A DNA stretch of 63,713 bases, filler included, from Folioceros fuciformis (Eukaryota), in the NCBI GenBank assembly GCA_049999805.1. It is 6 parts of 6 records of this genome, joined end to end, with 100 filler letters (N's around TTAATTAATTAA, not from the genome) between each part and the next. Parts side by side here need not be neighbours in the genome. Positions count along the whole stretch, not along the records: positions 3,395 to 34,836 come from JBNGIO010005789.1; 5 more parts are not named here. One strand, 5' to 3'. Shown here piece after piece: positions 12,217 to 24,530 of the stretch; the stretch's first letter is position 1, and each line of letters begins with the position of its first letter. A program made the position numbers and the translations under genes. Below the pieces are notes generated by a model, which was given only the letters and a program-made list of their open reading frames with translations, searched no databases and was not told the origin of the DNA.

Positions 12217-12914
12217 TATGTTGCACTAAAATCTCTCCATCCTTCCTTCTATTAACATAATTATGTGAAATACCTTAAAAATTCATTGAAAATGATCTCT
12301 CTCGAAACACCTTCCTTCAATTTGTGATGAATTGTTTTGGTCGATCTCATGTATCCATTGAAAAAATAATCATAAGATGCATTTGTCAAGTTTCCACAAG
12401 AAACATAAATATGGTGTGAAAGAAGTTGAAAAGAAGAATCAAAGAGGTAGCTATTGAATTGTAATCAAGGCAAATGAGATAACAATATGTACAAAGTTCA
12501 AAATTTTGGGTGAACGTTCTATGTTTTATTAATATTTTCTTTATTCATCCTCGTCTCATATACTCATGTATGACCACTCGTGATGTCGTACTCCGTGCTA
12601 TAGTCTTTTTATTCTTGGAAACAAATCTTTTAAAAATTAATAAGATATAAAGGTGCATGAAGATCGTTAGGAAAGTTAGAATGATGTTATAAAATTCCTA
12701 GGAGCCTTCGTTAGGGAGCTTTTTGTACCTTTATGTTATAAAATCATATATATATATATATATATATAGTATTTGAGATAATTAGGTCAGGAAATAAAAG
12801 GACGATGGGACCAAAAAAAAAACGGGTAACTAACTACCTATATCTCCTTGTCTGTGGTTACTGTGCAGGAGTGATGCCAACCACGTAATTTACAATTTTT
12901 CAGCCGAGCTGCAA

Positions 12915-13968
12915 CTACTTGGGGATTGGTTTATGGAAAACTTCTATCTGGTCCTCATCCTCAATCTCAAGCTCCTGGGGTGTGCTCTTGGCATTGAGCT
13001 GATCCCCATCGAAGCGAAACACTAAGTCGTCAACCTCCAGTTCCACGAAGCTGGCGTAGGCAGAAAAGAGTTTCTCCAACTTGTCCGTCTGCAAAGACGG
13101 CAACAACTTCAGGTCACTGCAGTGGGAGAAAGAAATGTGACATTCCCAGTTATGTCAAGAAGTTGCAGGGAGCAGCAAGTGACCTTGAGAAGCGCGTACT
13201 GCTTCCGGTTGCCGCTCTTGTCTTGTAGAAAAATCCTGATTTTCTCCTTGCTTGAATGTTCCTGGACTGGAACGGTTTTGGAGGAGGGTATGGTGCTCGA
13301 AAGTTCTGAGGCCTCAGCAGCTGTGCTCTTTGGCACGGACGGGGGAGGATTGCTGGCGATGTGTAACAGTTTTTCCTTTGTTTGTCTGGATCACAAGAGG
13401 CATGCCAAAGCCTGGATCAGAAGAGGCCACACAAGCAGGAAGGGAGAAACCTAAAGTTCAATCGATGCAGTTGCATACCTCAACCATGACAAGGTAGTAT
13501 CGGACAACGCGGGGTTGGGCAAGGCCACAGGTTTTGGAGGGGGAGATAGCCAGTCATCTTCGAGCACCACTGCCTTCGGCTCCGCTGCTGGTTGCGTGAT
13601 GAACACGTTTTCCTGCCCTTGCAGCACCAGACAACTCTTAGAACCCGACAGTAGCCGCCCTCAAGGATGAAGAACCCCAGAGGAGAGGCAATCGACTTTA
13701 CAACCACCTGTCTAGGCTTCTTCCTGCTTCTCTGCCACTTTTTGGGAATCGGCAGTTCCTCCTCATCCTCCTCCTCCTCATCGTCTGGTCAGGAACCAAG
13801 CATCAGCCCTCAGGGCCACCACGAAAGGACGTGGTCACGGCCAACAAACGGATCCTGCATCATACCTGTCACAATTGGAGCGTACTTCGCATAGCTAAAG
13901 AGCGGCTCAAACTCCTCCTCTTCCTTGTTCGCACTCCCGGCAGGAAACGTCCGCTGCGTCCCTCTCAT
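12915..13968 (-). CDS. Rad60/Esc2/NIP45-type SUMO-like-domain protein (At1g68185-like), about 5 exons
   Basis: Exons encode EEEEFEPLFSY, DEEEEDEEELPIPKK, EDDWLSPPPKP..DTTLSWLR, KIRIFLQDKSG and DKLEKLFSAY..LVFRFDGDQL..STPQELEIEDEDQIEV; GT-AG introns. Confidence 0.88.
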
Positions 13969-14160
13969 GTCTCTCTGCTAAACAACATGCTCTTCAATCT
14001 CGTCACCGTGGAATCACGCTGCCATGGAATACACGCAATCACTTCAACAAATTCCCATCCCGCTGAGTCTGAAGAACATAAAACAAGCGGGCGGGCTAAC
14101 ACATCAAAGCTTCTTTCCAGCAGAGGCCCACGTCGCCACCCCAAGGAGCTGCATCAAAAG

Positions 14161-14420
14161 CCCTTCCTCCGCCACAGTCACTGCATCAAAAAACCCTTCC
14201 TCCGCCACAGTCACTACATCAAAAAGCCCTTCCTCCGCCACAGTCACTGCATCAAACAGTCCTTCCTCCGCCACAGTCACTGCATCAAAAAGCCCTTCCT
14301 CCGCCACNNNNNNNNNNCCTTCCTCCGCCACAGTCACTGCATCAAAAAGCCCTTCCTCCGCCACAGTCACGGCATCAAGAAGCCCTTCCTCCGCCACAGT
14401 CACTGCATCCAAAACCCCTT
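14161..14420. repeat. 33-bp minisatellite upstream of the SUMO-like gene, probably in a 5' UTR intron
   Basis: Unit CCCTTCCTCCGCCACAGTCACTGCATCAAAAAG, about 8 copies. Confidence 0.92.
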
Positions 14421-16731
14421 CCCCCCGCCACAGGTAATGCAACCCCAACTGCACTCAGCTGACCTGCGCCAACGACACCCAATTCGCGAAATCTGCCACC
14501 TACCTGGATTCAAGAATTTCCCACAAATCCAAACGATCACCGGAGGGAATCTCAAGTTTTAAAGTAGTCTTACTTCCTCTCAACCTCAGCCTCTACCTCG
14601 TTGAACGAAGCCTAGCTATAGATGTATCTACTTGTTCCATGACTGTGTCAGTCAATCTGTCAGTTCAACCTCTTGTGAACGACCTAGACATCAGGCTGTC
14701 ATTTCACCCGAGTCTTATTTCAGTCCTGGGAAGAGCCTCCGTTTCCTACTCTCGTCACCGACACGTTCCCTCCCCTTCCGGGCGGGCCTTGTCTCTCAGC
14801 TGCAAAGTTTTGATGGTAGTTAAGTTAGGTCTGCAGGGACCTGCGCACACAACGGTAAACATAATTTGGACTACTGCCAACAATGGGGCACACAACGGTA
14901 AGCTAGGCCAGCACGGACTTGCAATGGTTGGAAGGTGTACGACTTAATGTGGTGACTCACACAAAGAAACGAACATACGCTTATGGTAAACGGTGTGCAT
15001 CACGTCTAGCTTTCAAATGATCTTCAACCAGCATTGACGCTACATTTTTGAACCAGTTTAATTGACTAAAAAATAATCTGGTAACCACTTTGATTTGTGG
15101 TAGGTAATATTTAATTAGTATCAGTGGTAGTTGATCGTGATTGGGTATCAATTTTTATTTTATTTTTGAGGATGTTAGGCCTGGTGCACGTGTTGCACAT
15201 AGTTCGGCTATCACTACGGCACAAAATATGGTCTTCAACAGCACACGGGCACCCTAATGGACAAATTGACTGCAAATGGTTTGGGAAGCCGAAAAGCTGA
15301 AGCATCTTGGGTAATGGCGTCCGTTGTACTAACCATCTTTTTTATCTTTTTTCTTTTTCTTCTCGTCTCTTCTCTNNNNNNNNNNATTTTATTTTCCATA
15401 AATAGGGTTCTTACAAGTTCATGAGTGATACACAAAGGGAATAAGTGACCTTAAATGCCTCCACAATCATTTGATTGAAGGACTAGTGATCCCATTCCAA
15501 GAGTCTAACCATCTTTTTTATCTTTATCTTTTTCTTCTCGTCTCTTCTCACATCTCATCTTGAAATTACAAGCACTTTTACGCTCTAGGAGCTAGTTGAT
15601 GCACCGAACTGTGGGCTAGTAGGTAATTGAAGAGCCTAAGTATGCGCCAATAGCTAAATGGCACACATAAGCACACGCCAACTGGCTCACATTGATCAAA
15701 AAATTCAAAACAATATAAGAAGGTCATAGACAACCCATGTCAATGTCCTCCTTTCTAGGAAACATACACATGTCTTGAAAGACCATCCATGCAACAACAA
15801 AACAGAATTGGGTTTAGTCTTATAATCTTCTGGATTCACTCTTATAATTTTATCAAGGTACAAAAGTACTAGCTTTCACAGCTGCGTTTACAATCTAATA
15901 AACACTTAATTGATAATAAAAAATTTAGAGATTCTATGGAGCGTAGTACGAGATGCAAGCACTGAAGCTCCGCAGAACTAGTGCAACAGCAGTTGGCAGC
16001 AAGATACGCGGGGGAAGTGTAAACAAGACTACACAAGGTTGCATTACAACCAATGTGAAGCTCTTGTAGAACCCAGTCGAGCCAGCATCTTCAGTGAAAT
16101 CCCGTACCATTACATACAACTAAATCGTTCGTCAGACGTGCGATCAATAAACGATAGACACGTCGACTTCGGGAGATGTCGAGTGATAAGGCGCTCACAT
16201 CCCAGTCATGCCACGTGTCACCTGAGGATACTATCAGACGTATACTTCACGATAATTAAGGCCAGCAAAAATGGAAGAGATGACGCAGTTCGCGGACTCA
16301 ACATCCATAATGAAAATCCCAACTAAAGAAAAAAAGAGCTTGGCCTTTACTTTAAAAATGCGACATCAGTCCTTCCTTCAAAGAGCTTCCGAAGCCTCAG
16401 GTCTAGGTGACATATCTACTAGAGATCAGCGATGCCTATGCTTTGTACCGCACCGGTAGATGGTCCGAATTCGTACTTTACAATTCGACTGATTTCGAGA
16501 TGATCCTCAACCGACTAGCTGTGCGAGGAAGAAAGTAGTCAGGATGCTTCTGGATAGAGAAGGAGACGAGAGAAAGAAAACAGAATTGCACATCACACAA
16601 AAATCATGGAACAGACTGATCTGGAGCGACGAAAGCAACTGAAGATTCAAGATAAACTGAAGATAGACAAAGATGGCACGGGGAAGTCGTCCAAATGTGA
16701 GCACAGAAAGACCTACCAGCGGTGGAAGAGC

Positions 16732-17130
16732 TCAATCCTCGTACACTCGGCACTCGTCCGTCTCGGGGTTCTCCTTGCAGTAGGCTTCAAGAGGATCCTT
16801 GTTGTCCTTCTCCGCGGCTTTCTTGTGTGCAGCCGCGGCGCTGAGCTCCTCAACCTCGTCCCACTGAGCAACGCACTCCTTGGACGTGTCGTCCCCCGCG
16901 CATACCTCCTGCGCTTGCTGGATGCTCCGCTCCACTTTGGCGGCCAGGCTATCTACATCCACCGACTTAGGCTGCAAGGCGGCCACGACGTGCAGTCTCC
17001 TTGCGGAGCGGAGAGGCGCCAGGGCGGGCATGGACACAGTCCTCACGGAGGCGAACTGCGAATGCGGTAGGCTCGCCGCCACCGGTGAGGGCACGCAGAT
17101 GGCCTGAGCCGCCATTGTCACCGACGCCAT
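16732..17130 (-). CDS. CP12: Calvin cycle protein CP12, chloroplast precursor
   Basis: Ser/Ala-rich transit peptide, C-X8-C loop, WDEVEELSAA core, C-terminal DPLEAYCKENPETDECRVYED. Confidence 0.96.
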   Translation of the reverse strand: MASVTMAAQAICVPSPVAASLPHSQFASVRTVSMPALAPLRSARRLHVVAALQPKSVDVDSLAAKVERSIQQAQEVCAGDDTSKECVAQWDEVEELSAAAAHKKAAEKDNKDPLEAYCKENPETDECRVYED

Positions 17131-17536
17131 GGCGGCAAACGCGAATGGAGCTGAAGAGATCGGAATTGCTATATTGCGTGAAGGCAGCCGGCCGCGCTTT
17201 CAAAGACGCTCGGGACTGGGGATCTCCCGCAGGAAGCAGCAGGCAGTCTGGGAGGGCACGAAAACGTGGTGTGGCGGAAGCAACACGGGGGGATTTTTAC
17301 CCGCAGCTTCGGAACAGGCTCGGCAATCCCGAGCCTGCCACAGCCTGGAGAAACAGGATATTTCTCCAGGCCACTAGGAATCGCTGTTGTGGCTGGCTTT
17401 GCCGAACTTTATCACCTCCTTGCCACGGTTCCGAGCGAGTGTATTGGGATTGGCTTCTCTTTTACATAATATTCTCCACGCTCTGAGCCTAAGAAAATGT
17501 GAATCAATTAGAACGATAAATACATAGGGCTAGAGA

Positions 17537-19202
17537 CTAGCTTGTAGATGCTGCCTCCGGGGAAAGCGGTGTGGCCATCTTCAACAGTGCAGGAATCCAT
17601 GCATCCACAACTTCAGACGTTCCATACCATTTCCTGCTGCTGTTTTCGTCGTTTGCTGGAAAGTGCTCCACACCTGATTAGATACAACATTAAAGAATCG
17701 TGTCATTGAGCAGAGGTTGTGGTGAGAGGCATCCGGATGCTTCTTGTACTAAAGAGCAGAGATGCTAACCTTCCAGAATGATGTGCTCTGCACCATCCAA
17801 ACCTACAGCACACTGTACAGGTGTGACACCGTCACCCCAAACATCCCCCGAGCCACAGCACAGTTCATAGCTCTGGTAGGTGAAGTCCTGAAAAGCAGGG
17901 TATTGTGAGAGTTGACTGCTAAAAAAAATGCTTTCATAGCAACTTAAATACGCACTGGGAATGGTTTGAACCTTCCAAAGGCCACCGTACTTCGAGCTAC
18001 CACGTAGACACTTTCCAGCGATGCACACGTACTCCACACCGAGTCCCTTCTCAGCAGCCCCTGGATAGTTTGTGTTAACGAAGTCCATGCTTTTCTTCGT
18101 GAGCCTGTCCTGTATCGAAATGGACGAAAGCTGTTAGCTCCAAGCTCAGCGAGCTCTAGCGCTCCAGTCCTCACTGCTCGGAACTCACTTACTGTGCAAA
18201 TATGAGGGGTTCCGAGAGTGATGAGGCCCTTCACACGATGGGCAGCACCATATATCTTTCCGTCATACGGTACTCTCCTGCCAAGCTGTGTTTATGAATG
18301 TGAGCCTAGCAACAGGCTTGTCACAGCAGACCAAGTTGGCAGGTGAGTAAAACGGCACAAAGGGATGGGAAACACACCAGTATTCTACATATCCACCCGC
18401 CAGCTGAGTGAGCTACTAAGACAACTTTTCGAGGTGGCATGCCTGACCTCCGGGAATCCAAAGCAAGGTCCTGTTGAACGGCCGAAGCAGATTCATCAAG
18501 CTCGCCAAATAGCAGCCTAGGATGTGCCCCGTTCTTCGGATTTGAGAACTCGCGCAAGAAGTCTAAGAAAGTGTACTTCGGAAGGTCCTCATCCTGTGCT
18601 GAGTTACCTGGTGCTGTCCTATACAACAACGGGGAGTGAGATGACATAAGCCAGAAAGGACATGAATCGTCTAGGAAACGAGCTCACGCTTCTCACCTAT
18701 CTTCATCTGCATCAGTTGGCGCAGGAGAAAGAGCTTGCGACGCCAGCGAGATGGCAGCATCTATCCTGTCTAAAATCGGGCGAACAGACCTCCCACCTAG
18801 CGACGGAAGCCAGTTGTACCATCTCAAAGGGACAACCTACAATAATCTTCAGCAAGATTCAACATGCTTCTTCACACCGCCCCTCACCGACTCCTCATCA
18901 ATTCATGTGTACAAATAATGCTGGATGGACGGATTGTGGATACATACAGAGGTGGTAAACCCTTTGCAGCGGAGGTGAGCAGCCATAGAAGCATACTGCG
19001 ATACACCGGACAACCAGCCGGGCACAATCACCACTGCCACATCTTGGCCCTTGCTGGCCCCTTGAGCTCTTGCTGATCCCGCAAACCCTGATCTGCAGTT
19101 GCACTGCCTGCACTGGCCCAACCCGCCAGCTCGTGCCCCATTGAACTGCACTGAGGGGAGAAAAAACACGCCTGCTCCTGCCGCGATCACCTGGCTTGCC
19201 AT
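17537..19202 (-). CDS. Alpha/beta-hydrolase (PGAP1-like/lipase family), multi-exon, probable plastid transit peptide
   Basis: VVIVPGW, KVVLVAHSAGGW nucleophile elbow, LITLGTPH, YVCIAG, VWGDGVTP, GAEHIILEGVEH, WYGT..VVDAW. Confidence 0.87.
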
Positions 19203-20583
19203 CTTCACTTCCAGTCTCAAGTCCTTCTCCTCACCAATCCCATGTAACGCAGCATTCATCTATCCATCCGAGGTCACCGCTGCCTTGCACACCAGCCTTG
19301 TGCTCTGATGGCGTAACAAACAGCCTTAACAAGGAGTTCTGCATTCGTACCAACCATTATGCTATCGTTGTTTGCACTGAATCAGACTGTCACATGTTAC
19401 GCTTTAGTTTTCCTGTTGCTGCGCTCTTTGCGTGCTGGAGCGTCGTCCGCACCTCACTTAGCGGACAATGAAAGAACTCCATCACTGAGCGGAGGTTGCA
19501 TTGAGACTTGTTAACACTGCTCAAAGCTTACGCAAAGCTTATCACAACCACAGCAGTGGGGTTTTCTTCTTTCTTGCATTGGCTGCTTTCCTTTGACAAT
19601 GCGTTTCCAGCAAAAAGCTGTCTACATGTTGGCATCTGCAGCTTTGGTTTCAAGTAGGCCTAGTATTCGTGAGGGATAGACCCTTTTTTCTCTTTTGGTC
19701 CTCTCCATGTCTCTTCCCCTTTTTCTCTTTTGGTCCTCTCCATGTCTCTTCCCCTCTTGTTTGATGTAGATAGATCTCCCAACTCTTTTAATAAGATATA
19801 CAAACATTAGCATCCAAGCAATCTCAAAGCGTTTGTTAGTAACGGGGCACAGTGAGGTTGTCGCCTAGCATGACCTCCCGACTTTGCATCCAATCCAGTA
19901 ATGCCTGTGATCTCACGTCCAAGACCTCGCTCAAGAGTGGCCAACGTGCCCTATACGCGGAAATGATCTATGTCCTGGTGGGTGATGCGTACATACATGT
20001 ATATGGCTACAGAAGGCAGGTTAAACGACTATTTGGCTTCGTTAGAGCTTCCTGCAGGAACGTCCGGCTCAACCGCCCTCGGCACCTAATCCCCAGTTGG
20101 GCTCACTCAAGGTGAAGGAGATCTTGGTGATGGCCTGCACTGGGGGCCTAGATTCTCTCAAGAGCGTGTCTCACACATGCATGCATTGGGGAAAGGATAT
20201 ACAACCACTTTGCTCCTGCCGTCGATTTATTTTTAACATCAGAGCACCTGGCACCATCTTGCAGGCATGGCTTGCCCTACGAGCTGGGTCTACTGTTGGT
20301 AATAGGCATTATGTTAGTTGGCTATTTGAATCTTGAGTATTCCGTATTGCGGGATTGTAACTGTCAAGGACGGTATCGTGGCCTTCAAAATCCTCCTCCA
20401 TCGGTTTGTCTTCAGTATGATGATCGCTCGGAACCGAAGAGCCTGCCTGTACTTCGTCTCGTGCGTTTCCGCCAATCTCTCTTGGAATATGCCTCATAGC
20501 TCGGATGGTGTTGGGAGTTCCAGCACTTTTTGATAAACATGCTTCTGAAGAACATTTCGGTGCAGTAGCAGAAAGAGAGGAGG

Positions 20584-21514
20584 ATGAGGACTTACATGCT
20601 GCTCAGCGTCCTTTTTGTAGTGATGGAGGCAGGATGGGCACGGGGGGACAGCTCTGTGGACAGCGTTGAGTCTCTTCTCACAAAAGCTGGCCCTGGTTTC
20701 AGCCAGTTCTCTGTGGCAGCAAATAGCAGCAACGTCGATAGTGTGCCACTGCCTGACGCCTACACCCTCTTTGCTCCTACAAATGCAGCTGTTGAGGTTC
20801 TCGTGTGAATCGTCCTTCGTACCATCCGTGTGTCGAAGGTGAAATTTTCTGGCATTGTTTTGAACCGTGGAGTCTTGGAAATGCAGGCACTCATGTCTTG
20901 CTTCAACTCCTCGAAGATTGATTCAGACACCAAGTTGGAAATCATTCGGTATCATATCATCAGCACATCCCTGAAGGTGGCAGCTATCCATGCGATAGTT
21001 GCTAACACGGTAGGAGACTGGGTGGTCCCATCTCTCTACAATGGTCAGCCTCTTAATTTCTCCCTTGATTACTCCAGCAACGATGAAGATGACCCTGTAA
21101 TCACTATCAACCGCGTGAGCCACATAGTCAAGTCGAATGTCGTTGAGACCCCCAGAGCTACTGTCCATGGAATCAACAGAGTCCTCATTCCTCCCTCGCT
21201 GCAGGTAATTTTTTTCTTCCGCGCGCCCAACCTTGCGGGATTTTTCTTGTTTAGCACAACACGCTGACGAGCTTGCTCGGAAATCGGTTTGTTTTGCAGG
21301 CCTTGATAGCTCAGTGCCGGGCCAGCTCGTCTCCTTCTCCTCTTCTCCAAGGTACACTTTTCACACTCTGTCGCTCCTTCAGCAACCGTGCAGGCCCGCG
21401 TGTACCGTAGATCAAACTCCATGGTGGGATGAATGTGGTGATGCAGGGACATGGAACTACGTGATGTTCATGCTTGTCGGACTGTTAACTATCGCTTTCA
21501 ATCAGGTGCAATGA
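20584..21514 (+). CDS. Fasciclin-like protein (single FAS1 domain), 3 exons, probably GPI-anchored
   Basis: Signal peptide, H1 YTLFAPTNAA, IIRYHII, H2 VHGINRVLIP, hydrophobic C-terminus; introns ~20796-20886 and ~21204-21299. Confidence 0.88.
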
Positions 21515-22267
21515 GCCTCATCTTGCTTGACCCATTGTTATCCTGCAATAGGATCAGCCTCTCTAATCTAACCGTCCGTGAAACTCTAAAAAGAACATCC
21601 AAGACACTCTAGCAAGCAGGGACAGCAGAGCATCAATATCCCAACGATGGGGCCAAGTAGAAAATAACTGGAGGCCCAGTAGACAATAGCAGCTATAGTC
21701 TGAGTTGAAGCAAAGACAATTAAGGTCTGGTGAATGATGCAAAATACTCCTGCCGCCCTTCAGGTTTGACAACAAGGTTGCACCACCTTGCAGAAGCGCA
21801 AGTATAGAGTCTCGTCTCAAGTTCCCACACCAGCGAAAGAGGAGCAAATAGCTTATAAAAGCAATGGGGGCAAAAAGGAACAATGCATAGCATGAGCACG
21901 AGACGAAGAAGCCAACAATGACTGCGCACGGACGGGCCAACAATTGATTGCGGCGTGAACGGCACGGAAAGGCAAGTTCCAAAACAAAATCAAAGTTTTG
22001 CAGCTTCCATGAGTGGGTGGTGCAACCAGAGTACCTACGGCGGTCGGGAATGCAGTTCCAACTCATGTTATTTGCAAAGCCGAGACACCTCCTCAACTCA
22101 GAGTCCTGCAAATGGCTGCAAACGAAGCAAAAGGCTGCAAACAAGATAAGCAGCCTATAAAGCTTTGGTGGTCCTATGGACATACAAGAGCTAGTGCGGA
22201 TACGAGCATTCCATTCATATGCTAGTGTTAGCAGGGAGCGAAAGAGCTTTCCATTGACATACTAGAG

Positions 22268-23395
22268 TTAGCAGGTAGCGAAAGAGCTTCTACGTACTAG
22301 AAGACAAGAAATCTTTGTGGGTTGCCCTACTACTTTGGGTAAAGTGCACACCGCATAGTCAGGCTTGTGATAGGTTAGATTGAGCTGCTCCTCTCCTAGG
22401 ACTACATCTGATGCATCCAGGAGCACATGCCAACAATTCCTTTGAGCTTCTGAAACCCAATGCAATGAGTTTCGGGTGCCCATATTATCTGCTGCATACG
22501 CAAATGCAAACAATCCCTTTGGACTATGCTTGATCTTCTTCCTCAGTTGCTGGCTCAACTGCGAACCCGCCTTCCTGAGATCAAGCCAGTCCATGGGCGC
22601 CGAGACGACCTTGGACTCCTTAGGTACAGCATAATCTCGTATGCCATCCACCTTGCTATCAAGGACCGTGAGATAGACGTTGTATCTGAAGAACGGATAG
22701 CTCTCCCCTATGAGACTCAAAGCTTCCCTACTGCTTGAGATGAACACGACGAAGTAGTCGTCCTCATGCAAACCACAATGCCGTAGCACGCGATTCCTTG
22801 CGTGCATCTCCGGGATGGAAATGGAATTATCTGGAGAAGACGACTTCTTGGCCAAGATATCCGACAACCTAGAAGGCTCCAGCTGCATCCGCTTTGTTTC
22901 TGGCAAGGTGCTACCGAAAACAGCCGACATATCTTTGGAAGAAGCATATCCCGGCGAGGTTCTGGAGTGCGACCCAGAACTGCTGCAGCTGCTGCCATCC
23001 TCATTGTACTCCTGATCCTCCCTCACAGTGGATAGATTTACCGCCGATGATGACCCCTCATATATCTCAGGGTACCTGGCTTTCACGTACTCTTCTACGT
23101 ACTGCATCTCCATGGGCGTGATGGGGCTGGACCATCTCAGGTTCAGTCCATGCAACGTCGACATGGCTTCTGCGACGATGTGCGGAGGGATGACGAAGGT
23201 CCGTGCCTGTGCCCCCCATCACCATCACCATCATCACCAGTCGGGACGCCAGTCATATAACTCCACAACCTAACAAAAGCAGAAAGGAAGAAGGCAAGCC
23301 AAAAGCTGCAGACAGAATAGTACCAGTGGCTCATCCTCTTTGCTCTGGTGGTGCCTGCGAGGCCAACCCTCCGCTGCTGCTGTGTTGGAGCTCAT
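22268..23395 (-). CDS. MoCo-sulfurase-like/PLP-transferase-fold plant protein, 2 exons (23395-23324, 23206-22268)
   Basis: IPPHIVAEAMSTLHGLNLRWSSPITP.EMQYVE.YV, LIGESYPF, KGLFAF, WVSEAQRNCWHVLLDAS, KPDY; the predicted intron is in phase. Confidence 0.85.
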
Positions 23396-24530
23396 AATGC
23401 CGCTGCCGCTCCTGCTGGATATCCTGCCCGCAGAATATCGCAGATCCCACCAAGTCAGGAACGAGGGAGCTGAGCCCTGCTTGATCCGTGGCTGCTCTCT
23501 ACTGACCACAAGAGTGTAACGTATTCACACTTGGAATCAATCCAACTCGGCAGCAGAATTCATCCCTCTAACTCCTCCATACCACACTTTCAGAAACAGC
23601 AGCAACTTGCCAAACCACGCACGAACGAAGGACCCGCTAAGCCCCATGGACCAGATCTCCTCAACATCACGCCCCCACATAACCGGAAGCAATCCCACTT
23701 ACTCTGGTACCTCAATTCGAACGCACAGCCCAGCTACGGAACACCAATATCCCCCAGAGCAGAGCCGAGACCAGGCTGCGCTTCTTCCTGCCCGTACAAC
23801 CCACCTCCGCCCAATGTCCCAGACATCCCAGGCAAGCGGATTGTGGGCCAGTCAAGAGATTGCGCCACGCACCAGTCCCAGCTCAGCTCAGACACCCAGC
23901 GCAGCACAACCCACAACAGCCCAGCACATCACTTCACAGCCCAGCCCAGCCCAGCCCAGCCCAGCACAGTACAGCAAAGCCCAGCAAGGCAGCGTCCCCC
24001 CTCTGCTCTCCTGCCCTGTGGAGGGCAACACTGGATTTCACGCTGCCCCGATTGCACAGTGCCCAGCCCCTCGACGCAAGACCAACCAAAGACAGTGTAC
24101 ATGGTTGTTTCTCAGAACTTGGCCTCTTTGGACGGTAGCTGTGATTACTCCTTGTGGAAGACCGTTCCGCATCTTGAAGCTTGACTCGCCTTGTCATTTC
24201 CTCCAATTTCTTTTAACGCCACCTTCCCAGTCGCTTTTTCTTTTTATCTGGGCACACCATACTTCTCCGCACCCAAACTTTGTTACCTACCAACTGTGGG
24301 CACTTGGAGATACCGAGGAACCCCCTTTGCTTTGTCATACATATGTCCTGGGAGCACGGATTTGTCTTTCTTCACACTCTGGCTTGTCTGGCCTTTGGTT
24401 CTAGGGCTCCCTTCTTTCCTTTTCCGCTCCCGCTCTGTCGTGGATTCAAAGAAAATGCAAGTGTTTTTTGTCCTGCGCCTGCTTGGGTCGTAAAGACATG
24501 TGAGGACTCCTTAGTCTCCACGCTCTCGGC

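Noticed and set aside
13831-14562. ORFs across the 33-bp repeat
   Set aside because: They are open in several frames because of the repeat; the conserved gene starts at 13968 on the minus strand.
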